DNA of 26,054 nucleotides from a virus (lineage: Duplodnaviria; Caudoviricetes): the IMG/VR virus record IMGVR_UViG_3300006805_000134, positions 1 to 26,054 of that record; one strand, given 5' to 3'. The position numbers and the translations under genes are program-made. Shown in pieces: positions 9,211 to 19,247 of this stretch; position 1 is the first letter of the stretch; every line of letters starts with the position of its first letter. Below the pieces are notes generated by a model. The model did no database searches. It saw only the letters and a list, made by a program, of their open reading frames with translations, and was not told the origin of the DNA.

Positions 9211-11455
9211 GCGCCTGTCCCTCAACAGCGACGGACAGGATATTACAGGGCACAGGCCCCGAAGATTCAAACGCCAGGCGATAGTCCTCACCGTACCCGC
9301 CAGGCATCGCCACCACGCGGACTCCAGAAAAAAGATCCGGGGCGGTCCCAAGGGGAGTCGCGTCCGTCACAAACGACTCCTCGTAAAGATCGCGGAGGTC
9401 ACCGTACTTAAACCCCAGGGTGTTGTAGAGCCGCACAACCAGGTTGTGGGCGCGCTTCTTTGCGGGAGCTGCCGACCCATACTGGCTACCCGCTTCGATG
9501 GGAACGGGCTCAAGGCGGGCGGTATAGAGAAACCCGTAGGCGAAGGACTGGTAGTTTTCAAAGCTTGGGTCCGAAAGTGTACCATCATCCTCCACGTCAA
9601 ACTCACCAAGGTACACCCACCCCGTGGTGCTGGCGTCGGTGTACGAAACCCCAAAGACGTGAACGGTGCGCCCGCCGTAGATGTCCGCGTTGACGCCGTC
9701 AATTGTGTCACTCGGAATAAACCCGAGCGCAACCCGGTTGTACGAAGTCACACAATCCATGTAAGCGTATGGGGGCTCTGACCTAGTATTTGAGTCCACC
9801 GCATAGGTACGCACGACACTGTCCCCAAAATAAAATGGGCTCAGCTTCTCCAGCGACACGCGCGAGTCACCGTCGTAGGTGCGCTTGATCAAAAAGTAAA
9901 CTTCGGTCTTGTCGCTGACGGCGATGTCGAGCACTTCAATGGTTGCGTCTTCGTGACCCCCACCAAACTCCTGGCGAGCCCACGCCACGATTTGGTAATC
10001 GCGGTCAAGGGTGAGAGTGTTGAGCCCGCCGTCTTGAGTTTTCACAAAAACAATCGACGAAGAAAATTCCGCCGAGATCATTTTTGCTGGAGTCGACAGA
10101 TGGTCCGCAACAAACGCCAGGTCGCTCGACTTGTACTGATACTCGTCAAACGAAAAGATGAGATCCCGCATCTTCCCACCCTTTTGGATAAAGGTCAGGA
10201 AGTTCCCCACGCGACAAGCCTGGACTTTCTCCGCGCCAAAGTAGGTCGACGACTCAAACGCAAAGTCGTTAGGGCCGAGAGCCCCATTAGAGCCATAGGC
10301 CACAATCTCCGCGTTGCGCGTGAGGATTGCGAGCATCTTCGACGAAGACATCGTCACGATCTCCGACACTTGTTCGGAATTGACCACTTTCTGCCAGGGG
10401 CGGGAGTTATCGTCGGCGTAAGTCGTGAAATTATCCGCCTGCGCGAACGGAAGCTCCATCATCTGAAAGACGTTCCCGATGCGCGAAGCCCAGAACGTAT
10501 CCGGATACCGCGAACTTCCTCCGTAGTAGACACGCCCCTGGAATCCCGTGATTGTCCGGGGCCATCCTTGGCCACCACCCCACATCGCCATATCCCAGGC
10601 TGTCCCAGAAGCCAGTCCGTACACATCACCAGAAGACCCGGGAAGTTCTGCGCGCACAGTCCCCGTGACTTGAGTGGTGCTGGTGTACCCGGTGACTTCA
10701 AAGACACCTGTGTTACCCGATTTTGTAATGCGGAAAAGAGTCCCTTTTCCGAAGTTGGCGCCATCGTCCATGGTGGCATTAAAAAATGCTGACGATGCCA
10801 CAACCGTTACCGAACCCCCCACGGTAAAAGTTCCGGTCACCGTCAGCGTAGGGCCAGAGCCCAAAGACACAAGGTCTGTAAAAGGAAAAGCATTCCACTC
10901 GGAGCCCGCGTAGGCTTGCTCGTAGAAAAGCTTTAGATCCACGCGATAAGTTCCGTCGGTGCGGATACTCATGATGCGCGGAGGATTCTCTCCATCCACA
11001 ATCCAGATCAAATCCCCAAACTGCTTCACCTCGATGGTGTCGAGATTGGCGGTGGTTGCGTAGTTCGCTCCAGTGGTTGCTTCCACGGAACGCACGCGAG
11101 TCGCTCCATTGGCCGTGACGTTAGTAATCACGAACCAGGGAGCTGACCCGTCAGGAGTTCCGTTGGTGTAGAACAAGAAGTTTTTGCTGCCGTCGGAGAG
11201 AGTGAACGCAAAACACCGCGCGGACCCCGCTGCGTCCAGAATGTCCTGGGTGTTGATGGTCTCTGAGTTGTAGGTCACCTCGGGAAGAGACATGTTGAAA
11301 GTGCCGGGGCGCATGAACGCTCCGCCTTGCACCAGGGGGATGTAGTTTTTCAAAAGAACGCAGGCGCGGGGATACTGCTGAGCATCCGTCCGCGCGATCA
11401 TCTTCGGCGACCACTCGCCAGAGGTAAAATTGTTCAGGGCTAAGTTAAACTTCAC
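9203..11455 (-). CDS. Tail tubular protein B / nozzle (750 aa)
   Basis: NNFTSGEWSPKMIARTD, NYIPLVQGGAFMRPGT and GWPRTITGFQGRVYYGG..PDTFWAS are characteristic of podovirus nozzle beta-propellers. Confidence 0.88.
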   Translation of the reverse strand: MKFNLALNNFTSGEWSPKMIARTDAQQYPRACVLLKNYIPLVQGGAFMRPGTFNMSLPEVTYNSETINTQDILDAAGSARCFAFTLSDGSKNFLFYTNGTPDGSAPWFVITNVTANGATRVRSVEATTGANYATTANLDTIEVKQFGDLIWIVDGENPPRIMSIRTDGTYRVDLKLFYEQAYAGSEWNAFPFTDLVSLGSGPTLTVTGTFTVGGSVTVVASSAFFNATMDDGANFGKGTLFRITKSGNTGVFEVTGYTSTTQVTGTVRAELPGSSGDVYGLASGTAWDMAMWGGGQGWPRTITGFQGRVYYGGSSRYPDTFWASRIGNVFQMMELPFAQADNFTTYADDNSRPWQKVVNSEQVSEIVTMSSSKMLAILTRNAEIVAYGSNGALGPNDFAFESSTYFGAEKVQACRVGNFLTFIQKGGKMRDLIFSFDEYQYKSSDLAFVADHLSTPAKMISAEFSSSIVFVKTQDGGLNTLTLDRDYQIVAWARQEFGGGHEDATIEVLDIAVSDKTEVYFLIKRTYDGDSRVSLEKLSPFYFGDSVVRTYAVDSNTRSEPPYAYMDCVTSYNRVALGFIPSDTIDGVNADIYGGRTVHVFGVSYTDASTTGWVYLGEFDVEDDGTLSDPSFENYQSFAYGFLYTARLEPVPIEAGSQYGSAAPAKKRAHNLVVRLYNTLGFKYGDLRDLYEESFVTDATPLGTAPDLFSGVRVVAMPGGYGEDYRLAFESSGPVPCNILSVAVEGQAHE

Positions 11456-11457
11456 AG

Positions 11458-12027
11458 TTACCCTCCGCTGCGGCGAGAGTTAAGCCATGAGTCGGCGTAA
11501 ACGCGAGGAGGAGAAGCTTCCTGAGCGCTGTACGAACGAGCGCGCTTGAGCGTTTCTTTGTATTCCGTACGCAAAGACTCGCGCAAAGTCGCGTTCTGTG
11601 TGAGCGAGTAGCTCAGATCCACGGCCAGCTTCAGAGAAAGCAGCTCGCGAAAATTCTCGTCCATCAAGTTCGCGTCAGTGATGTAGCGAATGTAGCGAAT
11701 CTTCAAATCCGCGATGTCCGCAGAGATGTAGTCGCCTTCGACAGTCCAAAGATCAATGGGGCAGTTGGTCTCCAGGACGCGCAGACAGTTTGCCGGAACC
11801 TGGTAGACGTTCTCGTACTTGGTGTCATAGGTGGGGTTCGCCACCGTAGCGGGAGAATCCCAAATGACGGCAAAACGCCAAGGGTGCGAGCGTAGGAGAT
11901 CCTTGAGGTTCTCCTCGTAGCGGTCGTTGCACAGCTTTGCTTCCACGGTGTTCTCATTAAGAGACGTGATGCGCCGGGCGCCGACCTTAATGAGAGCACC
12001 GTTACAGATCGTAACGGCGCTCGCCAT
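11458..12027 (-). CDS. Tail tubular protein A / head-tail adaptor (189 aa)
   Basis: ICNGALIKVGA..ITSL, LRSHPWRFA, YQVPANCLRV; lies directly before the nozzle gene. Confidence 0.88.
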   Translation of the reverse strand: MASAVTICNGALIKVGARRITSLNENTVEAKLCNDRYEENLKDLLRSHPWRFAVIWDSPATVANPTYDTKYENVYQVPANCLRVLETNCPIDLWTVEGDYISADIADLKIRYIRYITDANLMDENFRELLSLKLAVDLSYSLTQNATLRESLRTEYKETLKRARSYSAQEASPPRVYADSWLNSRRSGG

Positions 12028-12037
12028 CGTTTACCCC

Positions 12038-12526
12038 TTAGACGTGAGAGAGAAGAACGTAACCGACGAGTGCGCCCGAAGTAGCGGTCCAAACTTCGGG
12101 GATAGCGATTTGCATATCCACCTCAGCGTCGAACTTCTTCAGGAAACCGGCTGCGGCTGCGCCCGAAACCGCCGACATCCGCTTGATGCCAGCAGCAGCG
12201 TTCACGTCCACATCGGCGAAGAAGCCGTCTGCCAAAGCAGCAACAACTGCCGAGCCAGCCGAATCCAACTCTGCCGAAGCAGCCCAGCCGATGTCCAAGT
12301 CACCCGTGTCGCCCATGTCCGGGTGAGAGAACACCACGTCCAAAACCCGCGCGCCCTTAGGGATCTTCACCAGTTTGATGATGTCGCTCGTGGTGAGCGG
12401 GGTGCCCGGCAGGGTGTACGAGAACCGCTTGTGGTACACATGCCCTTTGTCATCTGCGGGAGCGATCTTCGAAGTCGGAACATCGACGAAAGCGTCCTGC
12501 CATTCATTTCCGTAGTAGGTAGCCAT
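12038..12526 (-). CDS. Virion structural protein, probable capsid decoration/cement protein
   Basis: ATG 12526 with GGAGG; beta-rich DIIKLVKIPKGARVLDV..LDIG; immediately after the capsid gene. Confidence 0.6.
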   Translation of the reverse strand: MATYYGNEWQDAFVDVPTSKIAPADDKGHVYHKRFSYTLPGTPLTTSDIIKLVKIPKGARVLDVVFSHPDMGDTGDLDIGWAASAELDSAGSAVVAALADGFFADVDVNAAAGIKRMSAVSGAAAAGFLKKFDAEVDMQIAIPEVWTATSGALVGYVLLSHV

Positions 12527-12544
12527 TGAATCCTCCAAAATTTA

Positions 12545-12564
12545 GGCGCCCCGCGAGGAGCGCC
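12545..12564 (-). terminator. Hairpin after major capsid gene (leaky terminator or stabiliser)
   Basis: Minus strand GGCGCTCC-TCGC-GGGGCGCC followed by TAAATTTT. Confidence 0.5.
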
Positions 12565-12571
12565 GTTGAAA

Positions 12572-13498
12572 TTACGACTCTTTGCAGATCGCTTCGACGA
12601 CTTTCACTTCTTCCATGCGGGTCCCGCCAATCGACATCCGGCTGTAAACCTGAGTCGAGTAGCCGAGGTCAGCACGCTCGCTGATTTTCGACTGGTAGTC
12701 CATCCCGGTCGACATCAACACGCCGTCGCCGGCGAAGAAGATGCAGGCGCGAGAACCAACCACCGAACTTCCCGAGCCAACCGCACCAGTGGAAGCGGAA
12801 GCAGCAGAAGAGGTGGTGAGGCCGAGGCGCTCAGTCTCCAGGAATTTGAACCCCATGTAGGTGTCCACTTCACCCTGCACCAACGCTTTCACGTTAGCGT
12901 AGTCCGAAGAGGTCACTTCGGTCTGCGACAAGAGCGACTCGATCTGAGACGATCCGACCAAGGCGTACAACGGAAGCGACTTGTCCACCAAACCACGGCG
13001 CAGGATCGTGCGGATTTTCCGCAGAGTCCGGACGTTCAGGTCGGTGAAGTTCGTGCCGTCGTTTGCTGCGATCTTCTGGCTATTCGGGTGGGAGACAGTG
13101 CTCGTGCCGGTTTCGCCAGCGTAAGCGGTTCCCAGTGCCGATGCGATGATGACGTCGTCTTTGGTACGACCGAACGCCCAAGCAGCCGCCATGGCGTACT
13201 CCGACGTAGGGTCATCCAACATACGAATTTTGTCCTGATCGTCGACCAGGTCAGCCCATTCGTAGTCTTCCATGGTGACCATCCGACGCGAGTGGGGAGT
13301 GTCGATTTGCGGAGTCGGCGAGTGGCGGCCAGTGCGCTTCTGAGCGGCAACAGGTCCGATACGGTCGAAGAACTCCGATTTTCCTTTTTGGGTTTCTTTG
13401 CGCACGTAGGGTGCGATCAAAGACCCCTTTTGCTGGGACAAGTGGTAGACGTTCGCGTTGTACTGCTGGACGAACGCCTCAGTGATTTGTTGAGACAT
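12572..13498 (-). CDS. Major capsid protein (308 aa)
   Basis: ATG 13498 with GGAGGAG; AFVQQY..LSQQKGS, FFDRIG, HSRR, WADLVDDQDKIRML.DPTS.YA, YMGFKF are typical podovirus capsid motifs; follows the scaffold. Confidence 0.93.
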   Translation of the reverse strand: MSQQITEAFVQQYNANVYHLSQQKGSLIAPYVRKETQKGKSEFFDRIGPVAAQKRTGRHSPTPQIDTPHSRRMVTMEDYEWADLVDDQDKIRMLDDPTSEYAMAAAWAFGRTKDDVIIASALGTAYAGETGTSTVSHPNSQKIAANDGTNFTDLNVRTLRKIRTILRRGLVDKSLPLYALVGSSQIESLLSQTEVTSSDYANVKALVQGEVDTYMGFKFLETERLGLTTSSAASASTGAVGSGSSVVGSRACIFFAGDGVLMSTGMDYQSKISERADLGYSTQVYSRMSIGGTRMEEVKVVEAICKES

Positions 13499-13620
13499 AT
13501 TCTCCTCCAATGAGAGTCTGCAAAATTTTGAGTAAACGAAATTTTGTGAGATGCCCTCTGTGGAGGATTCACGTACAGCGCATAGCCGCTGGTCAGCGTG
13601 CGAGGATCTTCATTGAGGTT

Positions 13621-13648
13621 GCCCTTACCTCAAGCCTGAGGCAAGGGC
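13621..13648 (-). promoter_or_regulatory. 12-bp hairpin in the scaffold-capsid intergenic leader
   Basis: Minus strand GCCCTTGCCTCA-GGCT-TGAGGTAAGGGC (one G-U pair). Confidence 0.5.
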
Positions 13649-13665
13649 TTCACGGTCGTCAAGAC

Positions 13666-14628
13666 CTATTTGTGCAGGGACGCGAACAATTTTTGCATTT
13701 CCGCGACCGCCCCCTTGTGTCCGGGGTGGTCCTTCACGTGGTACGGGTGAGCCATATCCCCCATGACGGTGTCGATCTGTTTACGGGCCTCGGCAGGGGT
13801 AAGCTGCTTGGATGCGGCCCCGTCGGCCTGGACCAAAGCATTTTCCCCGGCGTATTTATCCGCCAGATGTGCCATCGCGCGGACGAACTGCGTGTTACGC
13901 GCAAAGCCCGCATCGCTCATCGTCTTCTGAAGCTCCGGCGGAAGCTGGCGAAACATGAAGTTTGCGGTTCCGACTTTTTTGTCGAACCCATCGCCCCACT
14001 CTTTTTTCAAGTTCGCCACTTCAGTCTCGAAGCTCGCCTTGATCTGCTGCCGGAACGCCTCCTCAGCGCCTTTGTTCTTCTCACCAAACCAGTCGGCAAG
14101 TTTTTGTGCCTGCTTAGGGAGAATACCTGCGGCGTGCGCGAGCGTGCGGAACTCCTCGGCGAACTTCTCATCGACGGTCACACCCTCTTGGAACTTGACC
14201 TGGTAGTCCTTCACCTCGGCGGGAAGCCCCAACTTGGTGTAGACCTGCTTCCAGTCGTCGTCGGTGGCGTGTTTACCGGGGACGATCAGTTTATCAGAGC
14301 TAAACTGTCGCTGAAGGTTGCGGTAGGCTGCTGCAAGGTCCGCAGGACTACCGAAACGAGCGATGGTTTTATCTTCTTGAAGCTCAGCAGGCAGTTGAGA
14401 TTTCCAATCGGTAGGGGCTGTCCCTTCGGAACTTGTACCACCGCCACCAGCATCAGGGGGCGTGCCTCCGGCACCTGCGCCAGCGCCAGGACTCGGGGTC
14501 CCGGGCGGAGTCCCGCTCCCTCCGTCACCTCCAGTAAGAAGGTCTCCAGTTGCCCCTCCACCACTTCCTCCGCCACCATTGCCTTCTCCCGCTTTTTCCA
14601 GCTTAAGATGTTGCCAAAGATTTTTCAT
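13666..14628 (-). CDS. Capsid scaffolding / assembly protein
   Basis: Gly/Pro-rich N-terminus, DWKSQLPAEL, YTKLGLP..Y, LKKEWGDGFD, C-terminal HPYH...HPGHK; between portal and capsid genes. Confidence 0.85.
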   Translation of the reverse strand: MKNLWQHLKLEKAGEGNGGGGSGGGATGDLLTGGDGGSGTPPGTPSPGAGAGAGGTPPDAGGGGTSSEGTAPTDWKSQLPAELQEDKTIARFGSPADLAAAYRNLQRQFSSDKLIVPGKHATDDDWKQVYTKLGLPAEVKDYQVKFQEGVTVDEKFAEEFRTLAHAAGILPKQAQKLADWFGEKNKGAEEAFRQQIKASFETEVANLKKEWGDGFDKKVGTANFMFRQLPPELQKTMSDAGFARNTQFVRAMAHLADKYAGENALVQADGAASKQLTPAEARKQIDTVMGDMAHPYHVKDHPGHKGAVAEMQKLFASLHK

Positions 14629-14881
14629 ACTCTTCAATCCGCTCCTTCAGACGTTCGGGGTTTTCTTTCAGGAAGGTCAAAATGCGCAAGATCACCAAGC
14701 GCTCGCCTTCTTTAAGTACCATTTTATGAGGGTCCGACGGGTGCGGATTAAGCATCCCGTGCGCCGCCATCATGTCGTTCAAAACCCAGCGCCCTTCGAC
14801 GGAGTCGAAAACATTTTTGTAGCGCTGAACTTTTTCGACGGCTTTGCGGTGTTGATCTTTAGCCTGTTTGCTGAGTGCCAC
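14603..14881 (-). CDS. Small conserved head-module protein (about 92 aa)
   Basis: Probable GTG start 14881 after GGGAG; YKNVFDSVEGRWVLNDM..EGERLVILRI resembles the small gene usually found between portal and scaffold. Confidence 0.7.
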   Translation of the reverse strand: MALSKQAKDQHRKAVEKVQRYKNVFDSVEGRWVLNDMMAAHGMLNPHPSDPHKMVLKEGERLVILRILTFLKENPERLKERIEEYEKSLATS

Positions 14882-16502
14882 CCATTGCTCCCATCGCTTG
14901 AGTAATCTGTGCTCCGGCCTGGGCGTCGGCCAGCGCCTGCTGAGTCTGCTGCATTTGCTGCGCTTGAGCCGCGCGCTCCTGGCGCATTTTATCAACCGCA
15001 TCTTTGTTGCGGATGAGTTCCTGTGGGGGATTGAAAATCCCTGCCAAGATCCGGGGGGCGGCGTCGGTGTCGATCACATCCGACACGGCGTTGTTGAGGT
15101 TGATGAACGGAGACACGGCCTCCAGCCAACGCATGATGCTCTGGCCCTCGGTCGCGCGCTGCGCTTTTGCCATGAACGAGGAGTAGCGGACACCAAGGTC
15201 GCGTCCTTGCAAGATGGCCGGGGGCTGCTCGATCATCCCGCGCTTCCACATGAGGTCGAACAAGCGGTCCACCATGGGTTTCAAAAATTCCGCCTGTTGG
15301 CGCCCGAGGATAGGTCCCAGGAGCCGGAGCTGTTCTTCAGTCCGCTGCATGACTTCGGTTGCGGTCATCATCGGCCCGCCCTGTTGGAGGCGGAGCTGAT
15401 CGACGTAGAACGCATCGCGAATCCGCTTCCGGCGGTCTTCGAGCGCTTGGTACCCGAAGTCGAGGCGGGTATCGTTGAAGATCGGACGGATGAGGTCATC
15501 CGGATCTCCCGAGCGGCGATAGTTCACGCCACCAGGAGTGGTGATGAGCGGAAGAATGAATCCGTCATCCGAAACTTGAACCGGCGGATCAACAGCCTTC
15601 TGCGCACCGATCAGCATGGTCTCGTTCATCTTGTTGAGAACGCGGCACTCAGGAAGCGCCACCGAGCCGGGGCCGCGCCCGTACTTCTCACCAGCGGCTT
15701 TACTCCAGCGGGGGACCAAGTAGGGGAACGTATCAAAGTTCCCGTGCTGGATTTCAAACTTCGCTTCGCGAATGATGTACTGGTCGATGAACTTGCGGAC
15801 GGTTCCGGTGGGCTTCTCCTGCACCAAAGAGGCGGGGTAGATCCCCTGCATCACGGTGTACTTCTTCCCGAACTCGCCCTTGTCCCAATCTTTTTTCAGG
15901 TCAGCGGGCATCGCATCGTACCCGAATTTCCCGATGATCTTCTCCACGCTCCACTGAAATGCGCGATAGATTTGGTTCACGCGCCCCATGTGGTCTTCGT
16001 CGATCAGATACTCACCAATGAACTTCGTCGAAAACCGCACGACATCTTTGTCGTCGGCCTCCATGGACATGCACGCAGTTCCAATCGCGCACTGGTCAAG
16101 ATCCTTCTCGTGATTTTCGGTGAAGAAGTTGGAGTTCGTCAGCACGTTGTGCATGGAGCGAACCGTCCGCTGCATCCACTGCCGAACGTCGTCCTCATTG
16201 TCCAAGCGCTCATCGCCAGTTGTGAGACCGAAGAACTCCCCTCCGGTATGGACCTGCATGGAGTTGATCGCGCCGGTCAAAAGTTCGTTTGCCTGAACGC
16301 CGGTATTATCCAGGAGTTTGTCAAACTTCTTTTCACCTTCGGTTTTTTCGGCAGTGATCGTGTTGCGGTTAGGGAGGATGTAGTCGCAAATCTCCTGCCA
16401 GTGCGACTCCCACGCCCCCCGCTCCCCCTTCAGGGTGTCATAGCGCTCGATGAGCGCTTCGGGGGTCAGGCGCCCGTCTTTGATCATTTTGTCTTTGTTC
16501 AT
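14859..16502 (-). CDS. Portal / head-tail connector (547 aa)
   Basis: WESHWQEICDYILP, FPYLVPRW...GEKYGRGPG, IRDAFY.D, MTATEV..R.EE.LRLLGP are T7-type connector signatures. Confidence 0.95.
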   Translation of the reverse strand: MNKDKMIKDGRLTPEALIERYDTLKGERGAWESHWQEICDYILPNRNTITAEKTEGEKKFDKLLDNTGVQANELLTGAINSMQVHTGGEFFGLTTGDERLDNEDDVRQWMQRTVRSMHNVLTNSNFFTENHEKDLDQCAIGTACMSMEADDKDVVRFSTKFIGEYLIDEDHMGRVNQIYRAFQWSVEKIIGKFGYDAMPADLKKDWDKGEFGKKYTVMQGIYPASLVQEKPTGTVRKFIDQYIIREAKFEIQHGNFDTFPYLVPRWSKAAGEKYGRGPGSVALPECRVLNKMNETMLIGAQKAVDPPVQVSDDGFILPLITTPGGVNYRRSGDPDDLIRPIFNDTRLDFGYQALEDRRKRIRDAFYVDQLRLQQGGPMMTATEVMQRTEEQLRLLGPILGRQQAEFLKPMVDRLFDLMWKRGMIEQPPAILQGRDLGVRYSSFMAKAQRATEGQSIMRWLEAVSPFINLNNAVSDVIDTDAAPRILAGIFNPPQELIRNKDAVDKMRQERAAQAQQMQQTQQALADAQAGAQITQAMGAMGGTQQTG

Positions 16503-16924
16503 TTGCCCTGTTCTCCGATGGTGAGGAGGCGGAACATATCCTGGTTCGGATTGGCGAGCAGAAGGTTGCGGCCCGGAGTAACTTGTTTGCGCTTCCCGAA
16601 GCTATCCAAAAAGTTCCGAATCTGCTGGAGGCGGGCTTCTTCGGCGGCGTCCGCTTCAGCGATACTCGCATCGGCGGCTTCCACGACAGCAGTTGCCACA
16701 GCCGCCGTACCGTTCCCCGCGCCGGGGGCAGGGCCGTTTGCGATCAGTGCGCGGGTCTCTTCGCTCCAGTTGTCAGCGTTGAGGTCGGAGCGGTTGATGT
16801 TGTCCCGAAAGTTGTTGATCTCGTTTCGCACGTTGTTTGTGAATTCGCCCCAGTAGTCCTTCTGCTGGACACCAGGGATGCGGACTTCAGGGGCTTTAAA
16901 CTCAGCTTTAGGTTGTCCCATCAA
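16499..16924 (-). CDS. Small hypothetical virion-associated protein (141 aa)
   Basis: GGAGAG RBS; fills the gap between TerL and portal with an ATGA overlap. Confidence 0.65.
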   Translation of the reverse strand: MMGQPKAEFKAPEVRIPGVQQKDYWGEFTNNVRNEINNFRDNINRSDLNADNWSEETRALIANGPAPGAGNGTAAVATAVVEAADASIAEADAAEEARLQQIRNFLDSFGKRKQVTPGRNLLLANPNQDMFRLLTIGEQGK

Positions 16925-16929
16925 CTCTC

Positions 16930-18276
16930 CTACACCACGGAAAACTTGTGCTGCGAAAACCGCGGAAGTTTTTGCTGGTCACGGTCGTCTTTTTCAAGCC
17001 TATCCATTCCCATCGCCCCGGTCCGAAACGCATCAGCCCCGTGGGACGCCCAGTTATGCAGGGGGCGTTGTTGAAAAACTTTGTTCTTAGGGTCCCATTT
17101 CCGCTCATAGTTCTTGAGCGCGTCAATACCTTTCTTGCACTTCTCGACATCAAACCAGCTTTGAGCGATCACGAGGCGGGAGGCGTTGATCCCGTCGGCC
17201 ACATCGGACCGGGGTACGACCCTCGTCCGGGCAAGGCCCAATTTTTTAAGTGTTTCCTCGCGAGACCGTCCGGTCCCCAGTTCTTTGGCTTTGGCGTCGT
17301 GGGGGAGGACATGGGCTTCGTAGACGTAACCCTTCTGCTCCAAAAGTTTTGCGTAATAGTCAAGCCCTTGGCCGGACTCTTCGACGTAGTCAATCCAGCG
17401 GATCTCCTTCCCTACGCGCTGCCCGAACCAGATGGCGGTTGCGTCGTCGATCCCAAGGTCCCAGTACGTCGTCACCAAGACGGAGGGGTCGTAGGGGACT
17501 TTTCCGATGCGCCCTTCGCGCTCGGCCTTTTCCATTTCTTTTCCGTAGTACGCTCCGACGAGTGCCGCCGAGAAGGAGCACTCGAACTCCTGCTCGTACT
17601 CCGACTCCGACATCAGCCCGCGTGCCGCCTCAAGCTCCCCGATGGGAATGATCCCCGTCTCGGAAGCCCTGTAGGTGACGACATACCAATCGTCCGGCGG
17701 CGCCACCCCGTTTTCGGGATCGCCATGCAGTGCAAACTGGTAGACGTCGTAGAAGTGATTTTGCCCCTTAGGCGTAGAAATGAAGATAGCCCACCCCATC
17801 CGATCCGAAAGCGCAGGCCGAATCACCTGCGTCCACACGGTCGGATCGCACGCCGCATACTCATCCAGCACCACTCCATCCAAGTAAAGCCCCCTGAGAG
17901 AGTCCGGGTTTTCCGCTCCGACGAGTAAGATGCGCACCTTATCACCAAGGTGAGGCCGCGCAATTTCGATCCTAAGGTCGGACTCGTTGATGGTGACACC
18001 AGGGATATTTTTAACCAAGTCCTTAAAGATGTCCCACGCCACGCGCTTGGCCTGCCCGTAGGTCGGCGCCACGTAAGCGTACTGCGGATTTCTTTTTTGA
18101 TTGCGAAGCCCCTGGTCCAAAACTTCTGAGCACGAAAGATGCGTTTTACCAAAGCGGCGATGCAGGTTGAGGACGTTAAAACGCTTCAGGCTCCTGTGGA
18201 TCAGGGCCTGTAATGGCCGAGGCTGGTATCCCGTCGCGATGATCCTCTGCCCCTGATTGAGTGTCTGTGATGACAC
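16930..18276 (-). CDS. terL: Terminase large subunit
   Basis: YQPRPLQ, Walker A HRRFGKT, Walker B VVLDEYA, ISTPKG, nuclease WDLG..D and SHGADAFR; GTG start with GGAGG. Confidence 0.96.
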   Translation of the reverse strand: MSSQTLNQGQRIIATGYQPRPLQALIHRSLKRFNVLNLHRRFGKTHLSCSEVLDQGLRNQKRNPQYAYVAPTYGQAKRVAWDIFKDLVKNIPGVTINESDLRIEIARPHLGDKVRILLVGAENPDSLRGLYLDGVVLDEYAACDPTVWTQVIRPALSDRMGWAIFISTPKGQNHFYDVYQFALHGDPENGVAPPDDWYVVTYRASETGIIPIGELEAARGLMSESEYEQEFECSFSAALVGAYYGKEMEKAEREGRIGKVPYDPSVLVTTYWDLGIDDATAIWFGQRVGKEIRWIDYVEESGQGLDYYAKLLEQKGYVYEAHVLPHDAKAKELGTGRSREETLKKLGLARTRVVPRSDVADGINASRLVIAQSWFDVEKCKKGIDALKNYERKWDPKNKVFQQRPLHNWASHGADAFRTGAMGMDRLEKDDRDQQKLPRFSQHKFSVV

Positions 18277-18898
18277 GCGCCTCCTCCGTGGCCCCCGCCG
18301 CTGTTACCAAGGGGGGAGCCGTCGTGGCTTCCCGTTCTTGGACCGGGGTGCGGTCGATTCCCGTGTTCACGATGATCTGAACCGGGGCTGAAAATGTGGC
18401 TTCCACCTTAGCTTTCGGGGAATACTTCGGATTGTCAACCCCTGCGGCCCAGATGAGCGTATCGACCTTGAGCTTCGCCGCTTGAGTCGGGAACTTGAAG
18501 TCTTCATTTTCCATGGCCGTCTGTACGGCAAGGTCGCGCAGGTACTCAGTTCGCGCCACGCGGGCTAATTCCAGCTTTTTGGCAGCGTCGGGGTGGTCAA
18601 CCACCCATTTGGAAAAAACCGCGTAGGCGGGCATTCCAGGCTCTTTGCAGACTTTCGTGACCGATTCACCATTGGCGACTCTTTCGCAGATCAGGTCCAC
18701 GACGAAGGGGTCGTAGGCGACGTGAGTGACGTATCCTTCAAGTGTTTCTTGAACTTCACCAGGGGTATGCAAAGAGCGCAGGGCGCGCACGACACTGCCA
18801 GTGGCGGTGTTGACGATCTCGATGAGGCCGGTTGGCCCCCGCCGCGCGTAGTGCGCGCCATCGCGCGTGAGGTCTTCCAAAGTAATTTGTTGTGACAT
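18176..18898 (-). CDS. terS: Terminase small subunit-like HTH protein
   Basis: ICERVANGESVTKVCKEPGMP....FSKW...HP HTH and KLKVDTLIW.A....PKY; directly upstream of and overlapping terL. Confidence 0.8.
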   Translation of the reverse strand: MSQQITLEDLTRDGAHYARRGPTGLIEIVNTATGSVVRALRSLHTPGEVQETLEGYVTHVAYDPFVVDLICERVANGESVTKVCKEPGMPAYAVFSKWVVDHPDAAKKLELARVARTEYLRDLAVQTAMENEDFKFPTQAAKLKVDTLIWAAGVDNPKYSPKAKVEATFSAPVQIIVNTGIDRTPVQEREATTAPPLVTAAGATEEARVITDTQSGAEDHRDGIPASAITGPDPQEPEAF

Positions 18899-19247
18899 GG
18901 GACAAGGTTCGGGGGTTTTGAGGCGGGTGTCAATTGACGCGGTGCGCCTAATAGGGGTACTGTGCCGGTTGGAGAAGCGACCTGTCGCTGGGAGGGGCGG
19001 CCTTCGAATTTTGGGGGGTGCCCCCGCCCCGCGCCCCGCGCGTCGCGCATCCGGTCGCGCGCTTCACCACGCCCCGCCCCGCGTATCGAGAGGCGGGGGG
19101 CGGGGTGCATTCAATCGAAGCGAAAGAAACCGCGCTCAATATAATAGTGCGACCGCAGCGCCCCCGCCCCCCTGTAAATAATCGGTACACGGTGAAGCAG
19201 AATTTACACTGTATCAGCATGAGATCGAACCTATGCCCCCGCCACAT

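Noticed and set aside
4-18895. Long plus-strand ORFs over the virion module (e.g. 14868-16856, 3456-5105, 13510-14715)
   Set aside because: Antisense shadows of well-supported minus-strand genes in GC-rich DNA; no motifs.
13481-18898. TerS and major capsid both start MSQQIT
   Set aside because: Codons differ and similarity stops after six residues; treated as coincidence.
18899-18963. Back-to-back TTGACA/TTGACG sigma-70 -35 boxes upstream of terS
   Set aside because: Matching -10 elements are weak; not supportable as promoters.
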